Below are positions 32,064 to 42,183 of a stretch of 64,000 bases of DNA, piece after piece. The translations under genes were made by a program, and so were the position numbers. The notes beneath the pieces are model-generated. The model saw nothing but the letters and a program-made list of their open reading frames with translations, had not been told where the DNA came from and did no database searches. Origin of the DNA: a virus; the IMG/VR virus record IMGVR_UViG_3300033072_000542; one strand, 5' to 3'. The number at the start of each line of letters is the position of its first letter. The first letter of the stretch is position 1.

Positions 32064-33152
32064 TTACTTTCTACGACCATTATAAACTTCATAAAAACGT
32101 GAGAATGTGGTATCATCAATTTCGTAACCACAACGTCTTTTCATATTTTCTATTCCAGCGGAATGAAACTTATACAACTTCGATTCTTTATCTGCCAACA
32201 TATATTGGTCTCGCAAACTGACTGTTTTGTTATTGCTTTTTCCAGACTTGAATGCTAATGGTTTTCTCAATTTATAAACTATGTCATGCACACTTTTATT
32301 ACCTACTGTAGCACCGACATCTTTATCATATCCGAAATATTTGTGAATCAGATATTCTTTGTTCAATTCATGTAGTTGTTTTAACAAGACTTCGGGATAT
32401 GTTGGATCCCAATAAAAATTAATTCTATCACAATAATCTGCTTTACCCAATTCACCATAACTGTATGCTGATGCATCAGTAAACTTGAAACCATTTATAG
32501 CAAATCTTCCACCCATCATAGGTTGACCAGAATCATCGTTACCATGGAACAGATATGGTTTATCTCTACCCATAACTATTGCAACTTTTTTATTTTTGTA
32601 TTCTTCAGGAACAACATATTTCTCAATGTCACGCCAATACCAGTGATGTGGACTGAACCAAGTGCCAACATAATCAATCCAATTTTCACCATATTGACTA
32701 ATGCTCAAATTCATCGGATCATCAATTATGTCGGAGTAATCACATATCTGAAAGATTGATTCCAATCCAAGTTCTTTAATGTATGGAAAAACATTATGAT
32801 ATAGTTCACCATTATGATTTTCATCTACACCATATGCAGAATCTTTTTTCAGAGCACCAACAGTAATTATTTTATCAATCTTAATGTTGTTGAAATGGAA
32901 CGTTTCGAGAATTGTGGTTGAGTCATAACCACCACTATATGCTAAAATAACATAATCATAACTATCACGAATCCTCTGTGCTTGTTGTTTGTAGTAATAC
33001 TCCAAAGATTCTGGCGGTTCTATATGCCAATCTATTTTGGAGTAAACATCATCATAGTAATAAAAGAATATTTCTTCACCTGTGTGATGTTTGTGAGCAC
33101 AAGCGTCAATTTTAGATGTGAAAGTTTTTCCACTCTTCGTATAATAATGCAT
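32064..33152 (-). CDS. PP-loop ATP pyrophosphatase family protein (paralog 3)
   Basis: LAYSGGYDSTTILETF SGGxDS motif. 362 aa. Confidence 0.5.
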   Translation of the reverse strand: MHYYTKSGKTFTSKIDACAHKHHTGEEIFFYYYDDVYSKIDWHIEPPESLEYYYKQQAQRIRDSYDYVILAYSGGYDSTTILETFHFNNIKIDKIITVGALKKDSAYGVDENHNGELYHNVFPYIKELGLESIFQICDYSDIIDDPMNLSISQYGENWIDYVGTWFSPHHWYWRDIEKYVVPEEYKNKKVAIVMGRDKPYLFHGNDDSGQPMMGGRFAINGFKFTDASAYSYGELGKADYCDRINFYWDPTYPEVLLKQLHELNKEYLIHKYFGYDKDVGATVGNKSVHDIVYKLRKPLAFKSGKSNNKTVSLRDQYMLADKESKLYKFHSAGIENMKRRCGYEIDDTTFSRFYEVYNGRRK

Positions 33153-33167
33153 AATGAAAAAATAAAG

Positions 33168-34247
33168 TTATAAAGGATTACAGTTGATAAAATAAACTGC
33201 AGGTGATTTTAATATGTAGTAGTATAGTCCCGATGATGAATCATATGCGGCTGCATACCAACTTGCACCGTTTTGCAAAGACAATCTTTGTGTTGAACCA
33301 GCGTGCGCTAAAATACATGTTCCATCACCACCTTTGGCACCATTACTGAATGCACCACCACCATATGAATCACCACCTGCACCACCGCCACCATATCCAT
33401 CTGTGCCAGGATATGATATACTTGTGCCGCCATGTCCACCGCCACCGCCAGCACCGCCAGCGGCACCGCCATTATAGTCACCACCACCTCCGCCGCCGCC
33501 CCCAAAGCGACCTACCCATGATGTGCCAAAATATATGTTTTGTCCATCACCACCATATCCATTGGTGTTTGTTGCATCATCAACACCGCCGCCACCGCCA
33601 CCGCCTGTGCTATTTCCTGATGCACCAGGACTGTGATAACCGCCACCTGCGTTTGCTGGACCACTGGAACCACTAACTCTAGGATATCCACTATCACCAC
33701 CACGATATGTGTTTGTTTCTTGAGCAGTTCCTGATCCTGTCCAATAATAGCGTGATAATCCTCTTTGACCACCAGTCGCCGCAGGTGAATATGAGCCATA
33801 TGTGAATGATGTTTGAATACCATTTCCCGCTCTCAAATAATATTGTGCGGGCTGACCGTATCCACCACCGGTATCACCATAAACACCTGCCGCACCACCA
33901 GCGCCTACTGTTGTTGAAGCGGAGGTTCCAATTTGCCAATCTATCAATCCTTGGTATATACCACCACCACCGCCACCGCCACCGCCACCGCCAACGTTGT
34001 CTGCGGTACCTACTGCACCACCACCTCCTCCACCAACGATGAGGAAATATACGGGAATAGTTGGTGCGGTTTTGCGTTTTCCATAAAAATTACTAATTGA
34101 TATTGAAGATCCTGTTGAAGGAAATGTTCCTGTAGTTCCAGCGTCCGTCCACCAAGTTTGTCCTCTATACGAACTTAAACTTGTGCCATATCCGAACTCT
34201 GCATTTATCTCGGACATTGATAGTGATCCGGAAGATTTGATTGTCAT
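33168..34247 (-). CDS. Glycine-rich repetitive protein
   Basis: 359 aa with poly-Gly runs (GGGGGGGGGGG). Encoded by a GC-rich ggtggcggtgg repeat DNA that differs from the local composition. Confidence 0.45.
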   Translation of the reverse strand: MTIKSSGSLSMSEINAEFGYGTSLSSYRGQTWWTDAGTTGTFPSTGSSISISNFYGKRKTAPTIPVYFLIVGGGGGGAVGTADNVGGGGGGGGGGGIYQGLIDWQIGTSASTTVGAGGAAGVYGDTGGGYGQPAQYYLRAGNGIQTSFTYGSYSPAATGGQRGLSRYYWTGSGTAQETNTYRGGDSGYPRVSGSSGPANAGGGYHSPGASGNSTGGGGGGGVDDATNTNGYGGDGQNIYFGTSWVGRFGGGGGGGGDYNGGAAGGAGGGGGHGGTSISYPGTDGYGGGGAGGDSYGGGAFSNGAKGGDGTCILAHAGSTQRLSLQNGASWYAAAYDSSSGLYYYILKSPAVYFINCNPL

Positions 34248-34273
34248 CTATTTTTCTCCATACAATAGTATAT

Positions 34274-34924
34274 TTATGTGTTTCTACGATAATGGTCCAT
34301 ATACATCTTTAGAGTTTTAACGTGGTCACCAGTTCTCTCAACAAACAACAAAGGCTCCGATCCTTCAACTGCCATGATAACAACAATCTGGTGAATCTTC
34401 ACACCCACCAATTCTTCATACATCAAAGCATATGCGACACATTGTGCGAAATAGTTTGGTATATCTTCCTTGGTTTTCACTCTGCTGGAAGTCTTAAAGT
34501 CAATAACAGATAACTTACCATCAAATTCACCAATACAGTCCACTCGACCTGCCATCTTCAATCTTAACGACCACAATGCACACTCTTGATAGTGAATGTT
34601 GTTGATTCTATTCAGGAGAGGTTTCACAGTATTGAACAATGCAAGTGCATCAGGCATAGGTTTACCCAATGATTCATTGTTCAAATACTTTTCGCAAAGT
34701 GTGTGCATTCGTGTGCCACGACCAGAAGCAATACGTGATATACGATTTGCTTCCTCCGCACCAACACGTTCACGCCATTCATAGATGGCTTTCTTGCCCA
34801 TCGCACCAATAACAGTAGTAACGGAAGGTAGTTTCTCACCTGTTGGTGTGACGTAATATCTTCCGTTGTTTATATTTTCTGTTTTTAAGTCTTCAAGTTT
34901 CTTCGGTGGGCAATATATAAACAT
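34274..34924 (-). CDS. PD-(D/E)XK family exonuclease (YqaJ/Cas4-like)
   Basis: VDCIGEFDGKLSVIDFKTS D...E.K-type motif. 216 aa. Confidence 0.4.
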   Translation of the reverse strand: MFIYCPPKKLEDLKTENINNGRYYVTPTGEKLPSVTTVIGAMGKKAIYEWRERVGAEEANRISRIASGRGTRMHTLCEKYLNNESLGKPMPDALALFNTVKPLLNRINNIHYQECALWSLRLKMAGRVDCIGEFDGKLSVIDFKTSSRVKTKEDIPNYFAQCVAYALMYEELVGVKIHQIVVIMAVEGSEPLLFVERTGDHVKTLKMYMDHYRRNT

Positions 34925-34927
34925 AAT

Positions 34928-35680
34928 TTAGGTTTGTGAATCTTCGTAGTGCATCTTAGCGAGAATGTAATCTTTAACTAATGATGAACGAACGATATCA
35001 TCTGGTGTAAATTCAATTTTAGTAAACGCACCCATGTTCCAAGCAATATCAAAAAACTTCAAAATGCCTGACATATCATTCTTGCGTTTGTTCAAGTCTG
35101 TTTGTCTATAGTCACCGCACCAAATAATCTTAGAACGATAACCAACACGGGTCATAACTGTATCAATCTCTTCGAACGTTAAGTTTTGCATTTCATCAAC
35201 AATGATGATAGCATCATCAAATGACATACCACGAATGAATGATGTTGAAATAAATTCAATGTAACCTTGCTCACTTAGGCGTTGATACGCATCTTTTCTA
35301 TCAAACAAAGTCTCGCAAATTTGAACGTAAGGCTGTTGATAGATTTCCATCTTCTCGTCAACGTCACCTGGCAAGTGTCCCATTTCACGTGATTGAACTG
35401 CCGAACGAACAATAATAATTTTCTTAAAAGGGTTACTCTTATCTAGAACTTCTTCAAGTGCTTTATACAATGCACAGAATGTTTTACCAGTGCCTGCTAC
35501 GCCATGCAATGCAACAAAATAGTCGCCTTGCTTGTATGCATCAAAAAATAATTTTTGATTTTCAGTTAATGGCTCAAAAGTCTTTAGATGGTCAATTCTT
35601 ATTTTTAATGCATTAGACGCTTTTTGTTGGACACTATCATCATCAACAAGTCTAATTTTTGTATTTGCTTTTCTAGCCAT
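34928..35680 (-). CDS. phoH: PhoH-like ATPase
   Basis: Walker A GVAGTGKTF. 250 aa, typical PhoH-family length. Confidence 0.6.
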   Translation of the reverse strand: MARKANTKIRLVDDDSVQQKASNALKIRIDHLKTFEPLTENQKLFFDAYKQGDYFVALHGVAGTGKTFCALYKALEEVLDKSNPFKKIIIVRSAVQSREMGHLPGDVDEKMEIYQQPYVQICETLFDRKDAYQRLSEQGYIEFISTSFIRGMSFDDAIIIVDEMQNLTFEEIDTVMTRVGYRSKIIWCGDYRQTDLNKRKNDMSGILKFFDIAWNMGAFTKIEFTPDDIVRSSLVKDYILAKMHYEDSQT

Positions 35681-35692
35681 GAGTTCCCTTTG

Positions 35693-36010
35693 TTATGTTT
35701 TGACGCCAGTGATCCTCTCCACGTGCTTCTTAACAACCTGTTCGGTCTTGACTTCTTTGATTGATTTGGTTTTATGCTTTGCGGCTAAAGCACTACCAGG
35801 ATGTGCCTCTGAAACTTTCGAGAGGACTTCTTTGAAACCGCTTGGGACACGGTTCTGCGTGGATGATGACACACCAGACACAATCGCTGGTGCAGTCATC
35901 ACAGGTTGAATGTGTGGATTGGCGAGAAGATAATCTTCACGTTCGGAAATCTTCATAAAAGATTCGAACTCTTCGCCAGTCTCAGTATTAATAAAATTAT
36001 ATGTTGGCAT
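35693..36010 (-). CDS. Hypothetical protein
   Basis: 105 aa ORF. Confidence 0.3.
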   Translation of the reverse strand: MPTYNFINTETGEEFESFMKISEREDYLLANPHIQPVMTAPAIVSGVSSSTQNRVPSGFKEVLSKVSEAHPGSALAAKHKTKSIKEVKTEQVVKKHVERITGVKT

Positions 36011-36021
36011 ACTCTATACTC

Positions 36022-36573
36022 TTATATAGCAAAACTATTTGCCGAGAACCAATGTGGAACTGGACGATTTTTCCATTTTGCTAAGTGTGTTTTACCAATG
36101 TTGTAGTATTGGCGATACGATTTGATAGAATCACCAGGCACTTTCAATTCATCTGGCATAGCAGGTGTTGGTTGAGTAAATGGTGCATCAGGAATATTTT
36201 TTGGTGCATCATATAGTGAATCATACAAACGTGAACACGCATGGACTTTACCATAGCGATATTTGTATTCGTCCATCAGTTCATACCATAGTGCAAACAA
36301 CCAATGATAGTTTTGGCGTGATTGTCTTACCCACACAGCACTTGGGTGATTGATATGAGTAGCAGAATAAAGTATGTTATTGCGATGGTCTGGTAAGGTA
36401 TATATTGTCTTTTTTCGTCCAGAAGAAGACAAGCCAACAGACACATTGCCATCAAGAACACGGTGAGCGGTAGATAAGAGTTGTGCATATTCAAGAATCA
36501 TCTTTACGGTATGTTTGTCATTGTGCATTTGAGCACATACACGAGGTTCATGGTCAAGGTAAAAAATATTCAT
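36022..36573 (-). CDS. Hypothetical protein
   Basis: 183 aa ORF. Confidence 0.35.
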   Translation of the reverse strand: MNIFYLDHEPRVCAQMHNDKHTVKMILEYAQLLSTAHRVLDGNVSVGLSSSGRKKTIYTLPDHRNNILYSATHINHPSAVWVRQSRQNYHWLFALWYELMDEYKYRYGKVHACSRLYDSLYDAPKNIPDAPFTQPTPAMPDELKVPGDSIKSYRQYYNIGKTHLAKWKNRPVPHWFSANSFAI

Positions 36574-36730
36574 CAGTCATTCCAGTGGCGAATCACGCCA
36601 GCAACAATAAAAAAGTTAGTAATGATATAGCATAACACAATTGCGGTGCGAATACAAGCAATTTTATCGGCTTCACTATCAGTATCACCAGATTTTTCTC
36701 CTAGTGCTTTAGCCCAAAGTCTCCACATAC

Positions 36731-36760
36731 CATTTCTCCAATAAAAAGGCCCGAGCCGAA
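36731..36760 (-). terminator. Rho-independent terminator
   Basis: On the minus strand, GGCUCGGGC-UUCG-GCUCGGGCC (9-bp stem with G-U pairs, UUCG tetraloop) is followed by UUUUUAUU. Confidence 0.65.
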
Positions 36761-36787
36761 GCCCGAGCCACCAGCGAGTAACAACGC

Positions 36788-37165
36788 TTAAACTTTCTCA
36801 GTTTCAACAACAGGAGCCACAGTCTCGGCTTCAACTGGTGTTGCTTTCAAATCTTTGAGGCCAGAAACAGTATTGATAACAATACCACGGTCAGTCCAGT
36901 ATTTTGTAACACCGTCGGATGTAGGATTCATAAGTTGATATGAAACAACTTTGCGTCCATCTTTAAGAACACGGATAACCGCATCACTACGAATTTTAAT
37001 TTCAAGAATATGTGCGGATAGTTTGTAACTCAACGCACCCAACATATTTTCAAGGTCAACTTTTTTAACCGGTTGACCAGTCATAAGTGCTTGGAAGATA
37101 GGCTCCCACGCTTTCAATCGGACAACTTTGGTTTGCTTAGTAGCAGATTTTGCAGATTTGGTCAT
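36788..37165 (-). CDS. Hypothetical protein
   Basis: ORF 36788-37222. The probable start is the internal ATG (MTKSAKSATK). Confidence 0.3.
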   Translation of the reverse strand: MTKSAKSATKQTKVVRLKAWEPIFQALMTGQPVKKVDLENMLGALSYKLSAHILEIKIRSDAVIRVLKDGRKVVSYQLMNPTSDGVTKYWTDRGIVINTVSGLKDLKATPVEAETVAPVVETEKV

Positions 37166-37237
37166 AATAAACTCCATTTGATTAAGAAACTTAATTATAC
37201 AAGGAAAAATGCCATCTGTCAACCAGATGGCTGGTAA

Positions 37238-37987
37238 TCATGCGGCTTTCAACATAATTGTTGGATACTTAACAAAGCCGGTGGTATCTTTTTTGGCTTT
37301 GCCTTTGGCATACAAACCAACAACAACACCTTTTGGATCCAAGAAACGTAAGTCGGATTCGTCACCGTTAAAAACAGGAAGACCGTTATATGATTCTGGC
37401 ATTGGCTCAGTCTTTTTGATACCGAACACAGTAGCGATATTGTAACCTTGGGCGATAGCCTTAAAAACGTCAGTATCGTTACCATCAGCCGCAGAGAAGG
37501 TCAAGTGATAGTTTGCGATATCTTGGAATTTACGACCAAGAATTTTTGTGTAATCATAGAACTGAACTTCTGGAAAAGCGGCGAAAATATTTTTGTAGGT
37601 AACGCCGTTGCGAACCACATCATATTTTTCAAAAGCCAAATCAGAGGTACCGTTCAAACGAAACACAGGTACCAAATCCAGTTTAGCGGATTGTTTAATA
37701 CCCAATTCAATATCTTTCACCAATTGAGCCATAAACTCGGTGCGATTTTCGAAAAACAATTTTGTCTTACGCTTACGGGCTTCTTGAATAACGTTGGTAG
37801 ATTCACCACGCTTAAACATACCACCACGTCCAGCAGTATTCAAACAAGCGGCCGTGCAACCAGCGGTGCGTTTTGGGCAAGTCTCGTAACCAGACACATT
37901 AGCAGGAGCCAAGTGTAAGATATAGGTATTAAAACCTTGTTTCATACCTTTGAGAACTTTAGGATTACCAGTGGAAAGCAATTTCAT
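37238..37987 (-). CDS. Hypothetical Cys-rich protein
   Basis: 249 aa. N-terminal Cys cluster CPKRTAGCTAAC. RBS AAGAGG. Promoter upstream. Confidence 0.4.
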   Translation of the reverse strand: MKLLSTGNPKVLKGMKQGFNTYILHLAPANVSGYETCPKRTAGCTAACLNTAGRGGMFKRGESTNVIQEARKRKTKLFFENRTEFMAQLVKDIELGIKQSAKLDLVPVFRLNGTSDLAFEKYDVVRNGVTYKNIFAAFPEVQFYDYTKILGRKFQDIANYHLTFSAADGNDTDVFKAIAQGYNIATVFGIKKTEPMPESYNGLPVFNGDESDLRFLDPKGVVVGLYAKGKAKKDTTGFVKYPTIMLKAA

Positions 37988-38018
37988 TTTCGACCTCTTT
38001 CTATCAATCTATGAATAT

Positions 38019-38047
38019 AGTATAGCAGGCTGGTAAAAATTGTCAAG
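38019..38047 (-). promoter_or_regulatory. Sigma70-type early promoter (TTGACA-N17-TATACT)
   Basis: Reverse complement cacTTGACAatttttaccagcctgcTATACT, followed by the conserved leader CATAGATTGAT. Confidence 0.55.
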
Positions 38048-38092
38048 TGTTTTTTTCCCATTGTTGCAAAAATACAACGTAATACTATAGTA

Positions 38093-38440
38093 TTAACGCC
38101 TCATGTTGGCTTGATCCTTGGCTTCCTCAACGCTGAAAATCGGCACGGCATTGGACTTGTGGAGGGTACCGATACCCTTCATGGCAGTCCCGGTGTATAC
38201 TTTGCCATGGATAGGCTTTGTTGTGCTCCCACCAGCCGTTACCATGCTTGGATGGCGTATTGTCTCACGACCAGGAGGGGTAGTAAGTTTTGGAATAGAA
38301 CTGGTAGCCACAGGCTTGGGCTTACCACGACCAAAATTGGTTGACATAGAACTAATCTCGTCAAGCCAGGTCTGGTATTCTGCCACTTGTTTTTTTGTGG
38401 GCTTACGCTTCTTTGAACGGGTGGTGGTGTAAATCATCAT
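38093..38440 (-). CDS. Hypothetical basic protein
   Basis: 115 aa, Lys/Arg-rich. Confidence 0.3.
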   Translation of the reverse strand: MMIYTTTRSKKRKPTKKQVAEYQTWLDEISSMSTNFGRGKPKPVATSSIPKLTTPPGRETIRHPSMVTAGGSTTKPIHGKVYTGTAMKGIGTLHKSNAVPIFSVEEAKDQANMRR

Positions 38441-39382
38441 TTTGCTTTTGCGTGTTTAACTATCCAAGTTTTCCAATTATAGCGGGAAATGTTGGAAATG
38501 TCAACATTATTTTCACGGCACCAGCACCATGCTTCCAAGTAGAACGGAAATTCTTTAGTCATTATGATACCCTCGAAGTAATACTTTTGAATACAGTTTG
38601 ATAATGTGCGATATCTAGGATTTTATAGCCATGCAGTAGTGTAGATTCTACCATAGCCAGGGATTCGTTCAACAATTCATCCGAGTCCTTGGGATAATTG
38701 TCAACATATTTTTTATCATAATCGGTAAGTGTATCTACCATAAATGCGAACTGGTCCATGTTAGCCTTTCAATGTAAAACGGCTCAATACGGCCTGTGCT
38801 TCGGTGAAGTTTTCAATACCACCGACTTCTCTCAATTCAAGTTCTTCCAGAACTAATTCCGCTTTTGCTTTCTGGATTAAATTCAGCATATAGAATAATG
38901 TATCCGTATCCATTGCATCAGCCCACTCAGAAAATTCTTCCTGGGAACAACTTAACAGATACTCAATATTTTCTCGGTCAAAATCATTCATGCTCACCCT
39001 TTCGTTAACATAATAACAATTATAACACAGGTCTGGATATTATGCAACCAGACTGTTGTAAAAAAACAACTTAACCTTGGAGTAGTTGGCGACCGTCGGA
39101 TTCCTTCAGGTCTTCCTCAAATTCCTGCATCTTCAATCGGGCCAGTAATTCTCTCAAATCACGTGCCTCAGATTGGTCAGCCTGAATTCGGGCTTCAACT
39201 TCTTTTATTTGTTTTTGGATTGTGTCCAGAATAGCCATAGTCTTCATCCTCTTTCATTAAACGATAAAACGATTTGTCGTGGTGTTTTTTCTTTTGTTTG
39301 TATTGAAAAGAATCATCTTCATACTTTCGGACTTTAGTCTTACTTGTCTTTTCAATTTTCGTTGCGCCAATCATACTTCCTC

Positions 39383-39964
39383 TTACAAGATTAAATCTGC
39401 TACACCTAGTTTAACAAGTTCTTCGGCGGACATCCAAACGTCACTAGGCGATAACAGTTTGGTTTTTACTTCACGTGCAGACATGCCCGTGGCTTCCTGA
39501 AGAATTTTAGACATACGGTTATTTGTTAATTCGGCTTCTTTTGTGAAAGATTTTAAGTCGTGATGTTTACCTTCGTAGGTATCAGAATACTGGTGACACA
39601 TTATACCACAGTTTCTTGTGATAAAGCGGTAATGTTTAGTGCCTGATGCGAAAATTAAAAATGCAGCCGACATAACTGCACCAACACCAAATGTATGGAT
39701 AGGCTTATTACTGAGGCGCATAATATCAATCAAGCCAAGTGCTTGGTATAAATCACCACCTTGTGAATTGATATAGAGTTTAAGTGGTTCATCGCCTGGT
39801 ATAGAATTTTCATAAATGATCCACTTGATAGCGGCATTAATATTTTCCTCTTCAATATCACCAGTCAAAAAGAATGTGTGATTTTTTAAGAGGACAACGT
39901 CAAAGATTTCCTGTAGTGGAACAGGCAAATCAGCGATATCGTTTTCTTTTCTTTTCCCAGCCAT
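39383..39964 (-). CDS. clpP: ClpP-like serine protease subunit
   Basis: INSQGGDLYQALGLIDIMR and GVGAVMSAAFLIFASG resemble ClpP motifs. Probable start MAGKRKEND. Confidence 0.55.
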   Translation of the reverse strand: MAGKRKENDIADLPVPLQEIFDVVLLKNHTFFLTGDIEEENINAAIKWIIYENSIPGDEPLKLYINSQGGDLYQALGLIDIMRLSNKPIHTFGVGAVMSAAFLIFASGTKHYRFITRNCGIMCHQYSDTYEGKHHDLKSFTKEAELTNNRMSKILQEATGMSAREVKTKLLSPSDVWMSAEELVKLGVADLIL

Positions 39965-40886
39965 AGGCGGATTGGACGATAGAGGCAATGTCATGTTTAG
40001 GTTTGAAATTCAATAAACGTTTTGCTTTAGATATGTCAGCAACAAGAATGTCAGGATCACCTTCACGGGCCGCTTTGATTGTATAATCGACCTGCTTACA
40101 AGTTACTTTCTTGACTGTTTGTATAACTTCTAAAACTGTATATCCTACACCATTTCCTAAATTGATAACTTCGGACGAATTGCCTGCATCAAGATATTTC
40201 ATGGCTTCAATGTTAGCATCAACTACATCCTCCACATGGACATAATCACGCTCGGCAGTTCCATCAACTGTCCTATAATTGTCACCATATACCTCAAAAG
40301 TATTTAGATTTTGGAGTATTCTGGGAATCAGGTGTGTCTCTGGATAATGGTCTTCTCCAAGTTCACCATCAGAATCAGCACCAGCAAGATTAAAGAATCG
40401 GAAGATAATATAATTCAAACCGGAATCTTCAATTGCATTTTCGGCAGCCATTTTACTGTTGGCGTATGGATTGTTGTTTGTTGTGCATTCATCTTCAGGT
40501 AGAGGTAGTGAACCTGGGAAATAAACACCAGCAGTGGATGAGAAAATGATATTCTTGATATCATATTTTTTCATAGCATTAATCACATTAATGGTACCTG
40601 CGGTGTTGTTGAACCAAAACTCTGTTGGATGTTTAACTGATTCACCAACTTCGATTCTACCAGCAAAGTGAAATACAGTATCAACTTTGTAATTGACGAA
40701 TACAGATTCTAATGCGTTTTTATCTGTAACATCGGATTGCCACCAGCGGTCCCAATAATGGTGTCTTGAATGTTGTAAGTCAAGACCAATTACAAAGTGT
40801 CCTTCTTTCTTTAGGCGTTTGCAGAGGTGCGAACCGAGATAGCCTGCGGCACCTGTGACCAAGATAATGGACTGTTTGTTTTCCAT
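39930..40886 (-). CDS. NAD-dependent epimerase/dehydratase (UDP-glucose 4-epimerase-like)
   Basis: VTGAAGYLGSH Rossmann motif and YANSK catalytic YxxxK. Confidence 0.65.
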   Translation of the reverse strand: MENKQSIILVTGAAGYLGSHLCKRLKKEGHFVIGLDLQHSRHHYWDRWWQSDVTDKNALESVFVNYKVDTVFHFAGRIEVGESVKHPTEFWFNNTAGTINVINAMKKYDIKNIIFSSTAGVYFPGSLPLPEDECTTNNNPYANSKMAAENAIEDSGLNYIIFRFFNLAGADSDGELGEDHYPETHLIPRILQNLNTFEVYGDNYRTVDGTAERDYVHVEDVVDANIEAMKYLDAGNSSEVINLGNGVGYTVLEVIQTVKKVTCKQVDYTIKAAREGDPDILVADISKAKRLLNFKPKHDIASIVQSAYGWEKKRKRYR

Positions 40887-41578
40887 GGAAATTTACCGTG
40901 TAGTGTTAGATTGATATGATTACCCGATTCGAAAAAATCTGCCTTGACAGAATTCTCATTACCATCTAGTCGATAGTTGACTGTGTGATGGTTGGTGCAT
41001 TCATATTTTGGGAAGTGTGTTTTTAGTGCATTAAAAAATTGTCTATCAGCGCCCCATTGACCATACCATGCGTGTCCAATACGAACAGCAATATCACGCT
41101 TAATAGCAAAACAGGACGTGTCAATATGGAAGACATGCTTATCAAAGAAGACTGGCCACTTACCAAGACTTTCACAATTGTCTTCACAAAGGAATTCACC
41201 ATTAACATCAACAATTTTTCGTAGTGAATAAACCCAGTCATAGTTTCCTGCCTTCATTGTATCAACAAGAGTTTGGATGTGATTAGGATCAATCCAATTA
41301 TCCTCATCAAGATAGATGATAATGTCAGCGTTCACTAAAAATGAACAGGCCGCATATACACGGTGACCATACCAGCCTTTACCGACATTATCCTCTAAAT
41401 CAACGAAACGCAATTTACTTGCGCCCATAACTTGAGTTTTTACATTTGAACGATACTCTTTACCATCAATAAACACATAATGCAAAACATCGGGATAAGT
41501 TTGCTTATCTACCGAATCAATACATTTAGTTAGGTGCTTACTTCCGATTGTCGGAGTTACTACCGCTACCTTCATCAT
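40811..41578 (-). CDS. Family 2 glycosyltransferase (GT-A)
   Basis: VAVVTPTIG... and YLDEDN DxD motif. Confidence 0.55.
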   Translation of the reverse strand: MMKVAVVTPTIGSKHLTKCIDSVDKQTYPDVLHYVFIDGKEYRSNVKTQVMGASKLRFVDLEDNVGKGWYGHRVYAACSFLVNADIIIYLDEDNWIDPNHIQTLVDTMKAGNYDWVYSLRKIVDVNGEFLCEDNCESLGKWPVFFDKHVFHIDTSCFAIKRDIAVRIGHAWYGQWGADRQFFNALKTHFPKYECTNHHTVNYRLDGNENSVKADFFESGNHINLTLHGKFPWKTNSPLSWSQVPQAISVRTSANA

Positions 41579-41748
41579 CTTCTTTCATAACAATTTTAGC
41601 CGAACCAATTGTGCCTGGCATTTCCATCAATCGCTCATCACTCTGTGGTTTCAAATCACGTTGAAAAATTGCATCCCAACGAGCATCATATTCCGCTTGT
41701 GAAACACTAAACGGTCTTGGCTTACTACCTTTACCACCGTCACCCATT

Positions 41749-42183
41749 TTAATTCTCCAAATTCAAATCAGGGAAGGCTTCTTTAATTAACTTCGGTGTC
41801 AAAAATGGAATCTTCATTTCCTTTCTGATACAACGAACCATCAAGTCGGCTTCATCTTTATGGAGACCTTCCAGAACACTTGCCAACTTCATAGATTGTT
41901 TTTTGCCACCATAACCGGCAGGTCTACGTGGGTGTCCAACAATATACAAATACATTTTTGGAACTTCATTGTGCAAATAGAGCACATTCAATCCAGCAGG
42001 ATCAAGTGAAGGCTTATACTCAGGAATCTCAACATCAAAAACGATAGTTGGATTAAAAGCGGCCATCAAAAACTCTTGCACGTTTTTATCTCCATGTTTA
42101 CGCAACACTTCAATTTTATCCGCACGTTTCTCTGCCTTTTCGAATTCGGCAAAAATTTCGTGATACATTAACTTAAAACTCAT
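41749..42183 (-). CDS. Hypothetical protein
   Basis: ORF 41749-42219. The likely start is an internal ATG just past the rnh stop. Confidence 0.3.
   Translation of the reverse strand: MSFKLMYHEIFAEFEKAEKRADKIEVLRKHGDKNVQEFLMAAFNPTIVFDVEIPEYKPSLDPAGLNVLYLHNEVPKMYLYIVGHPRRPAGYGGKKQSMKLASVLEGLHKDEADLMVRCIRKEMKIPFLTPKLIKEAFPDLNLEN

Noticed and set aside
33308-34042. His-rich and other ORFs (33350-33676, 33512-33823, 33806-34042, 33308-33505)
   Set aside because: These are frames through or opposite the glycine-codon repeat DNA of the Gly-rich gene. They are compositional artefacts.
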